Shown here piece after piece: positions 39,305 to 49,487 of a DNA stretch of 60,083 nucleotides (position 1 is its first letter; the number at the start of each line of letters is the position of its first letter). The notes below the pieces were generated by a model. It ran no database searches and was not told the DNA's origin. It was given only the letters and a program-made list of their open reading frames with translations. A program made the position numbers and the translations under genes. The DNA comes from an uncultured archaeon. Its GTDB lineage: Archaea; Asgardarchaeota; Lokiarchaeia; Sigyniarchaeales; SOKP01. The stretch lies in the NCBI GenBank assembly GCA_964493715.1, contig CAZBPC010000012.1, positions 2,990 through 63,072 of the forward strand, read 5' to 3'.

Positions 39305-39562
39305 TTAGCTTTCTTTTCTCATGTTTTGCATTCTTTTTGATATTTTCATCATTTTATTAAAAATTTTCTCAGATTCTTTCGGATCAGTTGTAATGATCAT
39401 TTTTTCATTGAGAATTTTAATTTTATAGGTCAATTCGATAAATTCTTTAGGAGGATCTATACTATATTGATATAGATATTCCCTATTTTTACAAGGCTCA
39501 ATAAAAACCCATTTATTATCTTCCTCTGACCAATTCCATCTGTTAGGACTTAATTTACGCAT
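39305..39562 (-). CDS. hypothetical protein
   Basis: ORF MRKLSPNRWNWSEEDNKW...; ATG at 39562 preferred. Confidence 0.6.
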   Translation of the reverse strand: MRKLSPNRWNWSEEDNKWVFIEPCKNREYLYQYSIDPPKEFIELTYKIKILNEKMIITTDPKESEKIFNKMMKISKRMQNMRKES

Positions 39563-39741
39563 CTTATCGCAACACACCAAATGAAAAGCAAGCTATGGAT
39601 GAACATCAAATTTTAACTAGTTTATTAGATACTTAATGATTTTATAACCAAAAAAGGTGTCTCTTATGAATTATATCAAAAATTCAAAAATATGTTGAAA
39701 TAAAATAAAGTTTTAAGACTTTATCCTAGAAAATAGAAATT

Positions 39742-41229
39742 TTAATTATTAACATGTCTTAATTTTTCAATGGTTCTCTCAGCAGTTTCTCTCACATCAG
39801 AATCTTCATCACTCCTAAATTTGGAAAGTAAACTTTTCACTTCAGGATTTTTAAAATTGAAGAGTGCCTTAATTAAATACAATTTGACAATCCAATCCGG
39901 ATCTTGAATCAAATCTTTTAATGCCTGAAAAGAAATTTCATTATCGATGAGGCCCAACAATTTAATAGCACTTGTTTTTATTTCTCTTTCTGGATGACTC
40001 AAATCCTTAATTAATTGATCTATTATCTTTTTTTTATCATCATTATCTAATAATTGAAGCATCATCAAGAAAAGATTTTGTGGTAAAGCATTAAATCGTG
40101 GTGCCACTGGAGGAGTTATTTCAGATAAGGTTTCATTTTGTTTTTTCTTTATTTTTTCTTCTTGGTTTTTAAGTTCAATAATGAGATCGTTTAGTTGCTG
40201 GTTAGCGTTTTCAATGCGGATTAAATCTTTATTTTTTAAATCTAACTGTGATTCCGTTTCATCCCTTAGTTTATCATATTCTGCTTGTTGTTCTATAATC
40301 ACTTTCTCTTGCTCTGCAATTCTCTCTTCATAATCCTCTTCACTTTCTTTTAAAGCGAGAATTCTTTTATCTTTCGCATTTACTTCTTGTAAAAAATTTA
40401 CCTTTTCAGTTTCTAATTCTGAGATGATATCAAGCAGTTCATCAATGTTTTGGGAATCATTTCGCAAGTTCATTAATTCCTCATCTTCTTGGAGTTGCAG
40501 GGAATCAATTTTATTTTTTAAAAAAGCCACTTTTTCTTGAGCTTCATTTAAATCTGAAGTGAGATGTTCTATTGCATTATTGGCTAGATTAATCTCATTT
40601 TGATAGTTTTCATTAACAACCATGGCATCTTGAAATTTTTCTTTTAATTGATTATGCTCAGCTTTTAAAGATTCAATTTTTACACGGGCTAAACCATTTT
40701 CTTCTGTTAATTGAAAAATGATTTTCTTTGCATCAATAAGATCTTGGTATTCATCATTTTTCATCCCGCTTGCTAAAAAATTTCTTTCATTTTCAAATTG
40801 TTCTATCTTTGTCTTTAGTGCATCATTTTCGATTTTTACCTCCTTGTTATCATTTTTTAATTCTGTGATCAAAAGATTTGCTTCACTTAATTCTTCATTT
40901 GAACCCTTATCTTTGCTGGTGAGTTCTAAGGATTTACTAAGCCCTTCAACATTTTGTTCCAAAATCTTAATATGATTGTCTTTTTTATTAATCTCTTCTC
41001 GTTGGTTAGTAATTAATTCCTTTAAAATTAAGATATCTTCAGGAATATCTGAATCGTCGAATTTAGATAGTTTAACACCTTGATTTTGTATGATTCTTTT
41101 TTGTTCATTTATTCTAAAATTTAATCTTTGTACTTCTTCCTTTAAGTACTTGATTACAGTTACTAAATCCGTATGCGCTTGATTGGCAGAATCTATTGAT
41201 TCTATTAAATCTCTTAATTCCCTACTCAT
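39742..41229 (-). CDS. long coiled-coil protein with C-terminal HEAT repeats
   Basis: About 370 aa of E/K/L-rich heptads, then DPDWIVKLYLIKAL...DEDSDVRETA HEAT-like repeats. Confidence 0.8.
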   Translation of the reverse strand: MSRELRDLIESIDSANQAHTDLVTVIKYLKEEVQRLNFRINEQKRIIQNQGVKLSKFDDSDIPEDILILKELITNQREEINKKDNHIKILEQNVEGLSKSLELTSKDKGSNEELSEANLLITELKNDNKEVKIENDALKTKIEQFENERNFLASGMKNDEYQDLIDAKKIIFQLTEENGLARVKIESLKAEHNQLKEKFQDAMVVNENYQNEINLANNAIEHLTSDLNEAQEKVAFLKNKIDSLQLQEDEELMNLRNDSQNIDELLDIISELETEKVNFLQEVNAKDKRILALKESEEDYEERIAEQEKVIIEQQAEYDKLRDETESQLDLKNKDLIRIENANQQLNDLIIELKNQEEKIKKKQNETLSEITPPVAPRFNALPQNLFLMMLQLLDNDDKKKIIDQLIKDLSHPEREIKTSAIKLLGLIDNEISFQALKDLIQDPDWIVKLYLIKALFNFKNPEVKSLLSKFRSDEDSDVRETAERTIEKLRHVNN

Positions 41230-41520
41230 AAAAATAACCCTCAGAATGTTCTTTAAAAGAAATATTCTTTATATTATTTTAATTAAGATTAATGAAACTA
41301 TCTTGCTTAACTAGTAAATAGAGAAGATTTTAATAAATTTATATGATATATCGATACTAAAATTTTTACTCAAGATAATTCATTTAAAAATTGAAAGTTC
41401 CGTAAATATATCTCTTTACTGTCTTAAAACGTAACCTTTAAAAATATAGTTAGGCATTATTTCATTAAAAATTATAGTATAGATATAAAAATATTATTGT
41501 GGAAGGTGAGAAGTCTTTCA

Positions 41521-41712
41521 ATGATGAATGAAGACTTAAATAATGTGAACAATAATAGTAGGGATCTTGATTATGATTACGATGATTTTGGCGAAGAAGA
41601 TGATTGGGAGGACTATGGAGAAGAAGATGATTATAATGATGGTGAATGGGATGAAATAGATGATGATGATGACAATTCTCTTGATGACTCTACTGATTGG
41701 GAAGATTACTGA
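41521..41712 (+). CDS. small hyperacidic low-complexity protein (63 aa)
   Basis: 31 of 63 residues are D/E; GGAAGGTGA SD-like sequence about 11 nt upstream of the ATG. Confidence 0.6.
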   Translation: MMNEDLNNVNNNSRDLDYDYDDFGEEDDWEDYGEEDDYNDGEWDEIDDDDDNSLDDSTDWEDY

Positions 41713-41772
41713 TATTATTGACCATGTTATGAACAAATAGAATTTACAAAAAAAATTTTTATCTAATTTTTT

Positions 41773-42246
41773 TTAATTTATCGTTATCTTGATAATTTTG
41801 TCTCCTTGTACAATTGCATTGACTACATCTTGATCGTTTTGACTTTCAACTTCTCCGAAAATGGTGTGCTTATTGCTAAGCCAATCTGTAATAATATGAG
41901 TAATGAAAAACTGACTCCCATTTGTGTTTGGACCTGCATTTGCCATTGCTAACAATCCGGGTTTATCAAAAACTCTTCCGCTCTGAAATTCATCTTTGAA
42001 AGGATATGATATTGTTTTTCCTTGGAACGGAAATGATGAGATTCCTTTTTGACGAGGTCCATCACGCCCCGTTCCAGAAGGGCAGCCTCCTTGAATCATG
42101 AAGTTATCAATAACTCTGTGAAATTTGAGTCCGTTGTAAAATCCTTGACGTGCGAGGAAGACGAAGCTTGCGACTGTTATTGGAGAATCTTTTTCAAAGA
42201 GATTTAAGTTTATATCTCCTTTATTGGTAGAAATTATTGCTTTCAT
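41773..42246 (-). CDS. cyclophilin-type peptidyl-prolyl isomerase
   Basis: FHRVIDNFMIQGG, AMANAGPNTNGSQFFIT, HTIFGEV; ATG at 42246 preferred. Confidence 0.95.
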   Translation of the reverse strand: MKAIISTNKGDINLNLFEKDSPITVASFVFLARQGFYNGLKFHRVIDNFMIQGGCPSGTGRDGPRQKGISSFPFQGKTISYPFKDEFQSGRVFDKPGLLAMANAGPNTNGSQFFITHIITDWLSNKHTIFGEVESQNDQDVVNAIVQGDKIIKITIN

Positions 42247-42387
42247 ATACAAAAAAAGATTACAGAAATTATAAATATTTATTAAAAAATTCATATAGAA
42301 TCATTCTTTAATAAAAATATTGGATATTGATTTACAAACCTTTTGAAAGTATTAATACTCAATAAGTAACTCATGGAGCAATTTTAG

Positions 42388-44568
42388 ATGACAGCTAAAG
42401 GTGATATCTCATTTTTTTTTAGTCCTGAAAGCATAGCAGTCATTGGAGCAAGTCCTACTCAAGGAAAAGTGGGATTCAACGTGTTAAAAAATATAAAAGA
42501 TTCTGGATACTCTGGGAAAGTCTATCCCATCAATCTTAAAGCCGAATCACTTGGAGAAATTGGTGGTTACAAGGCATTTAAGAATGTATTGGATGTTCCT
42601 GAATCAATTGATATCGCGATTTTTGTGATTCCTGCAAAATTAGTAAATTCTGCAGCAGAAGAATGTGGAAAGAAAAAAATCAAGGGACTTATTGTCATAA
42701 CGGCCGGTTTCAAAGAAATCGGAGTGGAAGGTGTTAAGTTAGAAAAAGAACTCGTTCAGATTGCACGGAAATATAATATGAGGATAATCGGTCCTAATTG
42801 TTTAGGTTTTATTGGATTAAATTATAATGGTTCTTTTGCCTCTGAGACCCCTAAAAAAGGAAATATAGCTATGATATCTCAATCAGGTGCTTTTCTCACG
42901 GCTTTTATGGACTTTTCAATGGAACAACCCTACGGATTTTCATGTAATATTAGTTTGGGAAACAAAGCTGATCTAGATTCTGTTGATTTTATTGAATACT
43001 TGGTTGATGATCCCAATACTAAAGTAATATTATGCTACTTAGAAAGCATTGAAAATGGGAGAAAATTTCTTGAAGTAGTTTCAAATGCCACGCGAAAAAA
43101 ACCGATTATAATTTTAAAGTCAGGTGTTAGTGAGGCTGGAGCAAGGGCCGCATCTAGTCATACTGGTGCTCTTGCAGGTTCTGATATTGCATATGAATTA
43201 GCATTTAAAAAATGTGGAGTCTTACGGGCACAAACTATAGAAGCTTTATTCGATTTCGGTGAAATATTTTTATATCAACCCATTCCTTATGAAAATTCAT
43301 TTGCGATAATTACTAATGCTGGAGGTCCTGGAATTGTGGCAACTGATGCTTTTGAACGTGAGAAAATCAAATTTGCACGATTTTCAGAACCGATTCTTCA
43401 TTTATTAAGAGAAAATTTACCCCCTGAAGCCGCAATTTTTAACCCCATAGATCTGGTAGGAGATGCGCCACCAAATCGATATCGCTTTACAATTGAGACT
43501 ATATTTGGTTTGAATAGAGAGAAAAGTGATAACATTATAGATAATGATGACATTACCACGCATGGGGCTTTAATCTTGATGAGCCCTCAAGCTCAAACAC
43601 ATCCTGATGATGTAGCATCCCTCATATTAGAATTGACTTCTTCAAAATTATCTGACAAATCAATTGTCTGTGCTTTTCTTGGTGAAAAATCCGTGAAGAA
43701 AGCTAGGCAATTCTTGCAACAAAACGGAATACCTTGTTATCCCTTCCCAGAGCGAGGAGCAAGATCACTAAAAGCATTAATAAATAGGGGCGAATATTTA
43801 AACTCTAAAATATTAGATACGATTGAATTATCAAGATTTGATGCAAACCAAGAAAGAGTTAAAGAAATTTTTGATAACGCCCGTGAGGATGGTAGAACTG
43901 TTTTACTTAGTTATGAAACAAGCGAGATTTTTGAATGTTATGGGATTAAATCTCCGAAATCTAGATTAGCAAAAACTCCACGGCAAGCAATGGATATGCA
44001 GAAAGAATTAGGGAAAAGCGTTATGAAAATCGTAAGTCCTCAAATCATTCACAAAACTGATGTTGGGGGTTTAATTTTAAATATTGAAACTCCAGAACAA
44101 GCATTTGAAGCGTATATTCAAATTATCGATAATACTAAACGATTTGGTCCACAAAATGTAAAAATTTATGGTGTAGAAGTCCAAGAAATGATTGATTTCA
44201 ATCAAGAAAAGAAAATTAATGAATTAATCATTGGTATGTCTAGAGATTCTCAATTTGGACCATTAATTATGGTAGGATCGGGTGGAATTTACGCAAATTT
44301 TCTCAAAGATGTAGCTTTTGCACTTTCATATAAATTTTCCAGAGAAGATGCCTTTAAAATGCTTCAAGAAACAAAAATCTTTAGTCTTCTACATGGAGTG
44401 CGCGGAGAAAGTCCATCTGATATTGATGCAATATTAGATGTTTTATTAAGACTCTCTCAATTAGTTAATGATTTTTCAGAAATAATGGAATTGGATATAA
44501 ACCCACTATTAAGCTTTACAAAGTCATATAGTGCTGTAGATATTAAAATAACTATCTCAAGGCAATAA
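42388..44568 (+). CDS. acetate--CoA ligase (ADP-forming), fused alpha/beta
   Basis: IGPNCLG, SQSGA, ASSHTGALAG (phospho-His), IHKTDVGG, FGP, ELDINPL. Confidence 0.93.
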   Translation: MTAKGDISFFFSPESIAVIGASPTQGKVGFNVLKNIKDSGYSGKVYPINLKAESLGEIGGYKAFKNVLDVPESIDIAIFVIPAKLVNSAAEECGKKKIKGLIVITAGFKEIGVEGVKLEKELVQIARKYNMRIIGPNCLGFIGLNYNGSFASETPKKGNIAMISQSGAFLTAFMDFSMEQPYGFSCNISLGNKADLDSVDFIEYLVDDPNTKVILCYLESIENGRKFLEVVSNATRKKPIIILKSGVSEAGARAASSHTGALAGSDIAYELAFKKCGVLRAQTIEALFDFGEIFLYQPIPYENSFAIITNAGGPGIVATDAFEREKIKFARFSEPILHLLRENLPPEAAIFNPIDLVGDAPPNRYRFTIETIFGLNREKSDNIIDNDDITTHGALILMSPQAQTHPDDVASLILELTSSKLSDKSIVCAFLGEKSVKKARQFLQQNGIPCYPFPERGARSLKALINRGEYLNSKILDTIELSRFDANQERVKEIFDNAREDGRTVLLSYETSEIFECYGIKSPKSRLAKTPRQAMDMQKELGKSVMKIVSPQIIHKTDVGGLILNIETPEQAFEAYIQIIDNTKRFGPQNVKIYGVEVQEMIDFNQEKKINELIIGMSRDSQFGPLIMVGSGGIYANFLKDVAFALSYKFSREDAFKMLQETKIFSLLHGVRGESPSDIDAILDVLLRLSQLVNDFSEIMELDINPLLSFTKSYSAVDIKITISRQ

Positions 44569-44617
44569 TTAATATTATATTAAGAAATAATAGATAATAA
44601 GAAAAAGGGAAATAAAA

Positions 44618-45682
44618 ATGGTCAAAGCAATTTATTTATGTTCTTTAAGCGAGCATGTTGGAAAATCCTTATTGTCAATAGGTATTATGCTCAACTTACA
44701 AGAACAAGGAAAAAAGGTTGCTTATTTCAAACCAATAGGCATTCCTAAGGGTGCCTTCTCAGATAAGGCAGACCGCGATGTTGGTTTTATTCAAAATACG
44801 GTATTCAAGACTGAATTACCATATGATATCATAAGCCCCGTTTCCATACCAGATTGTTATTATGTTGATTTAATTGATTCCGCAAGGAAAGAAGATCATT
44901 TAATTTCAATAAAGCAAGCATATGAAGAACTTGGCAATAAATATGATTATATCATCATCGAAGGAGCACCCTCGATAAAAAAGTACATTAGAGTCGGTTT
45001 AGATGATGTTACTATAGCTAAGACATTAGGTATTAATGAATTGGTCTATATTCAAACTGAATCTTCTGATAAATGTATCGATAGCCTCTTTTTCACCAAG
45101 AAATACTTTGAATTTAGAGATGTCAAAATTAAGGGAGTAATATTTAATAAAATCGATCATGAGTATAAGGCGCGCATTGATGAATTAAAAGAAAACCACA
45201 TCGAAAGATATAACATTCCGATCATAGCAATAGTTGAAAAAAGCTTAGAATTACTGAGTCCCAGAGTTTCAGAGCTCCAATGGGCAATTGGGGGCGAATT
45301 ATTAAATGAAATAGCAATTGAAGGATTAGATCAAATCGTAGAAACTTATTTAATAGCAGCGATGAACGTGCAAGCTGCATTAAAATACTTGCGTGCTGTG
45401 AAAAAAGCCGCAGTAATCACTGGTGGAGATAGAACCGATGTTGCACTTGCTGCTTTAAATGAAGATGTATCTGTCTTAATATTAACTGGGTTCATTAAGC
45501 CCGATGCAGCTGTTATAAATGAAGCAAACAAGAAGAAGATTCCAATCATTCTTTCTCCTTCTGATACATACACGACGATACGTAATATGGAACGTGTTAA
45601 ACCAAGTATTCAAGAACAAGAAGTAAACCTCGTGAAAGATTTAGTCAAAAAACATTTCAATTGGGATATCTTATTAAAATAA
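44618..45682 (+). CDS. BioD-like P-loop + DRTGG domain protein (phosphotransacetylase N-terminal family)
   Basis: HVGKS, AYFKPIG, IIIEG, VITGGDRTD, ILTG; no PTA catalytic domain. Confidence 0.85.
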   Translation: MVKAIYLCSLSEHVGKSLLSIGIMLNLQEQGKKVAYFKPIGIPKGAFSDKADRDVGFIQNTVFKTELPYDIISPVSIPDCYYVDLIDSARKEDHLISIKQAYEELGNKYDYIIIEGAPSIKKYIRVGLDDVTIAKTLGINELVYIQTESSDKCIDSLFFTKKYFEFRDVKIKGVIFNKIDHEYKARIDELKENHIERYNIPIIAIVEKSLELLSPRVSELQWAIGGELLNEIAIEGLDQIVETYLIAAMNVQAALKYLRAVKKAAVITGGDRTDVALAALNEDVSVLILTGFIKPDAAVINEANKKKIPIILSPSDTYTTIRNMERVKPSIQEQEVNLVKDLVKKHFNWDILLK

Positions 45683-45802
45683 TCAATCTAATTTTTTTTA
45701 GTTACCTTTAGTTGATAAATAGAGTTAAAATTAAATATCAAAATCTAAGAAATACTCAGATCTAATATAAATAGTAATTATGGTGTAATACGATCAGATC
45801 AA

Positions 45803-46471
45803 CTAACTAATCGATTTTTTCTCTTTCTTCTCTTTTTTCAACAATATCTTTTCAGATACTTCGCTAAAGGATTCAAAAACGTTATTTAAATCGTATTTAA
45901 TTAATTTTTCCCTTATTTGAGCTAGACCTTCACAACTTGCCCAATCTAGAGGCGTTTCACATTTAATACAGGTTCGATAAAATCCATAAGTATGATATAC
46001 ATTCAGCAGAACTAGTAAAATTGTTAAAGTTGTAAAAGCAATGAAAAAATTCAAGGAAATATTATTAGACAGTTTGATTATACCCCAAAAAAGCAATGCG
46101 GAACCTAAGCCAATCAGAAATTTTTGAATGATTTTAACGATTTTTATCTTGGTTAAGTTTAGAATGCTTAAAATAAAAGTTGATATGAAAGTTATTCCGA
46201 AAATTAGCAGGATCTCTCGTGGAATTATGTTTTGCAGGTTAAAAAATCCAATTATCAAAATACCGACTATTGCAGTTGGATAACCAACAAAACAACCAAT
46301 ACATAAACGCACACTTTTTATATTTATTGTATGATTACTAAAATGAGAGCAGTTTGGGTGATGACTTAAGATTAAAGGAAAAAAACTCTTAATATATAAG
46401 AAGATTTTTTTAAATCTCTTTTTTCTTTGAGTGTCTTTAATGGAATACTCTTTTTCTATAATAGTAATCAC
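45803..46471 (-). CDS. membrane protein with Cys/His metal-binding motifs
   Basis: HHPNCSHFSNH...LCIGC, four TM segments, CIKC...C. Confidence 0.7.
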   Translation of the reverse strand: MITIIEKEYSIKDTQRKKRFKKIFLYIKSFFPLILSHHPNCSHFSNHTINIKSVRLCIGCFVGYPTAIVGILIIGFFNLQNIIPREILLIFGITFISTFILSILNLTKIKIVKIIQKFLIGLGSALLFWGIIKLSNNISLNFFIAFTTLTILLVLLNVYHTYGFYRTCIKCETPLDWASCEGLAQIREKLIKYDLNNVFESFSEVSEKILLKKEKKEKKSIS

Positions 46472-46582
46472 AGTACATTAATCATTACAACTGTTTCAAT
46501 AAAAAGCTTCTTAATATATAAAATTTTCAAGCATTATAATAAAAAATATCAGTAAAAAAAAAAAAGTGGTTTTATTAATAAA

Positions 46583-46834
46583 TTATGGAAGTGTATAGAG
46601 ACTACCAAGATTCAATAGTGTCATAATCCATCCCCATAAAAATATTGCTATTACAATTCCAATAACGAGGGATATGACACCTAAGATCAAACCTGCTTTG
46701 GCCATGCCTGGTTCATCATCTTTACTAATTCCAATTGCACCCAAAATGATTGCTACTACGGATAAAATACCACAACAGCAAAATCCTAGAATACCGCAGA
46801 TTAAAGCTCCAATTCCTAATCCATTTTTACTCAT
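46583..46834 (-). CDS. DUF4190-like small membrane protein
   Basis: NGLGIGALICGILG...GMAKAGLILGVI; ATG at 46834 preferred. Confidence 0.7.
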   Translation of the reverse strand: MSKNGLGIGALICGILGFCCCGILSVVAIILGAIGISKDDEPGMAKAGLILGVISLVIGIVIAIFLWGWIMTLLNLGSLYTLP

Positions 46835-47066
46835 AAGTATCACTATATATTGATTTCGTTTGTATGATATCTTCATTTTAAAAAAGATATAAAGTTATTA
46901 TCGTGAATGTTATATATAAATTTTTAGATATAAGTACCAAATGGGTAATTGTACCCATATATTTGAATGTAGGCTTAGAAATAAATAACAAGATAAATTT
47001 GAACCTTTAATTAATAAATTAATGCAAAAATTCTGAATGATATAAAGCTTCAAAAAAAGATTCCGA

Positions 47067-47210
47067 CTAAATAGCTGCCTTCTCTTTTTTAAAATCAACT
47101 TTATATTTAATTTCTTTACACACTTCTGTGATATGTTCAAAAAGTATGTCTCTAGTCCATTTTGGTAAATCTATATCAATTTTGCTGAGCAAACTTGCTA
47201 GTTTCTTCAT
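47067..47210 (-). CDS. possible 47-aa ORF or gene remnant
   Basis: MKKLASLLSKIDIDLPKWTRDILFEHITEVCKEIKYKVDFKKEKAAI*; protein-like but otherwise unsupported. Confidence 0.3.
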   Translation of the reverse strand: MKKLASLLSKIDIDLPKWTRDILFEHITEVCKEIKYKVDFKKEKAAI

Positions 47211-47451
47211 TAATTGACCATCTATTCTGTATAAACCAAGTTTTATTCAATACCTACACAATATTAATAAGTAAGTTAAAATAAAATAATGGGAAAAGAT
47301 AAGTTGTTAGGAGTGATAGCACATAATATAATTGAATAGTTAAGTAAATATATGGAAGGCCCAGCTATTTTTTATCGTCTAATGATGAGTTTTTTTTTTA
47401 AAGCTTTTTTAACACTAAAATTTAAAAATGCTGAAAATCTAACTTTAAAAC

Positions 47452-48324
47452 ATGATCGAATCCAATAAAGAAGATCAAGTTTTAAAACTAAAAGATGGGC
47501 GCAATCTTGGATTTGCTGAATATGGAGATCTAAATGGCAATCCAATTTTTCATTTTCATGCTCATCCTGGATCTCGTCTTGAAGGTAGGCTTTTTGGGGA
47601 AATACTAAAGCAACACGGAATTCATGCAATAACGGTTGATCGCCCAGGAGTTGGTCGATCTGATTTTAAATCTAATCGAAAACTTCTAGATTGGCCTGAT
47701 GATGTTATCGAACTTGCGGATCATTTAGGATTGAATAAGTTTGCCGTAGAGGGCATCTCAGGGGGTGGACCTTATGTAGCCGTCTGTGCATATAAAATCC
47801 CTGAAAGATTAACATGCTGTGGTATAATTGCTGGCATAGGACAATATAATTGGAGTAAAAAGGGAATGATGTTGTCGAATCGTATTGCTTTTTTTATCTC
47901 GCGAAGACTTCCTTTCCTTATAAAATCGATTGTAAAGGCTGAAAAAAAAGCCGGTGAAGATCAAAAATCAATGGAACAATTTGCAAAAAATCTTCCCGAT
48001 CCTGATAGAAAATTGTTCCATGACCCTCAAATATTAACTATTTTTATAGAAGCGACCAAGGAAGCATTCCGTTCGGGATTGAGTGGTGTGATATTGGAAG
48101 AAAAGATATATGCGAGACCATGGGGTTTTGATTTGAAGGATATCCCTTCAGATCTGCAGGTATATATATGGCATGGTGGTATGGATGTATTCGTTCCGAG
48201 TTCAATGGGTCGCAAAATGAGCGAATTAATTCCAAATTGTCAGTTTAACTTCTTTCCTTACGAAGGTCATATTTCTGTCGCTTATAATCATCTAGATGAA
48301 ATTCTTGAAACTTTAAAATCTTAA
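47452..48324 (+). CDS. alpha/beta hydrolase
   Basis: DGRNLGFAEYGD, DRPGVGRS, GISGGG, WHG..D, EGH. Confidence 0.92.
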   Translation: MIESNKEDQVLKLKDGRNLGFAEYGDLNGNPIFHFHAHPGSRLEGRLFGEILKQHGIHAITVDRPGVGRSDFKSNRKLLDWPDDVIELADHLGLNKFAVEGISGGGPYVAVCAYKIPERLTCCGIIAGIGQYNWSKKGMMLSNRIAFFISRRLPFLIKSIVKAEKKAGEDQKSMEQFAKNLPDPDRKLFHDPQILTIFIEATKEAFRSGLSGVILEEKIYARPWGFDLKDIPSDLQVYIWHGGMDVFVPSSMGRKMSELIPNCQFNFFPYEGHISVAYNHLDEILETLKS

Positions 48325-48380
48325 TTTTTTTATTTTGGCTTGAGTGTTAATTATTATAAATTTTGGAAAAAAGAAGAAAG

Positions 48381-48812
48381 TTATTTGTATTTCCCATATG
48401 TCTTACAGGTGTCTATCATCATTTTTACGTTTTCAAGCTTTGCATCATCTGGAATTTCAGATCCTACCATTAAACCTCCACCTTCAGCAAATTCATCAAT
48501 AATTTTTTTTACTTCTTTTTCAATTAAAGAAGGTGTCCCAAGCGTAAATAGTGAAGGTTTTAGATTCCCTTCAATACACATGTGATCTTAAAGGATCTCT
48601 TTTGCTTTAAAAATGTCAGTTCTTTCATCCATGTGTAGATAAATCTTTCCCTTTGGTAATTCTTTAAAGTAGTGAAGCCTATCCGTCCAATCTGTATCCA
48701 TATGGAGTTGTACGATGTAGCCTCTGTTTACGTATTCAGTGACAATTTTTTTATAATAAGTCCAATATAGATCTTCAAAATGTTTTATTGAAATGAAATC
48801 AGTACAATTCAT
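48381..48812 (-). pseudogene. uroporphyrinogen decarboxylase / methylcobamide methyltransferase family remnant
   Basis: Two track ORFs share a frame and are joined by one TAA at 48588-48590 (KEIL*DHMCIEGN); the N-terminal part is missing. Confidence 0.75.
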
Positions 48813-49141
48813 AACATGTTATTACTAGAAAGTAACGAAAATGTTCATATTATTACCTTTTTTTATTGAGATGTAAAGTGTTTTTGATGTAAAAGTAATG
48901 AAATCGTTTTATTTGCGACGATTTAATTACACTTTATAATTTGAGCTTAGAAAGTCTTTACTTGTAAATATTAAAACATTAGATTTTTATGCCCCTTTTA
49001 CTCAACCTTTTTGTTCCCTTTTTATTCCCATTTGTTTGAGATAGTGATCGATATGATCGAAAACATTACATAAAAATGTCATAATTTATATATAAAAATT
49101 CCTATTTTAATCATAGTGAAAAAATATTAAATGAAAAGAAA

Positions 49142-49402
49142 ATGCAAACTCAAAAAATGGACAATGTATTTGAATTTTCTTATGAAAATATGAGGAAATC
49201 GATCAAAGGAATAGAAGAAATTTTAAAGATTAATTTCCTGGAAAAAGACATTTATTATAAAATAGGCATGGATAATTTAAATGCCTTACATGAAAATATC
49301 ATAGAGCTCTTAAAACATACTTATTCACCTCGAGAAGTGAGAATGAAATTAAGAGAAATTGAATATGATGAAAAAATTGCTCAAGAGACTTTTTTAGAAT
49401 AA
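49142..49402 (+). CDS. small helical hypothetical protein (paralog of 57126-57398)
   Basis: FSYENMRKSIKGIEEILKI...IYYKIGMDNLNALHENIIELL. Confidence 0.75.
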   Translation: MQTQKMDNVFEFSYENMRKSIKGIEEILKINFLEKDIYYKIGMDNLNALHENIIELLKHTYSPREVRMKLREIEYDEKIAQETFLE

Positions 49403-49487
49403 GCATATTTCTTAATCTTCTATTTTTTATTACAATAATACTTTTTCCAGATTCAAATCTTTTAAAGTATTATGAATTATCAATTTT

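Noticed and set aside
41560-41712. GAT/GAA-rich repeat as a CRISPR array or satellite
   Set aside because: No constant repeat-spacer structure; explained by Asp/Glu codons.
46910-47629. Track ORFs 46910-47140 and 47372-47629
   Set aside because: The first looks like low-complexity AT-rich translation; the second is antisense to the hydrolase start.
48588-48590. Stop-codon recoding in the UroD-like gene
   Set aside because: The stop is TAA, not a Sec or Pyl codon, and the gene is also 5'-truncated.
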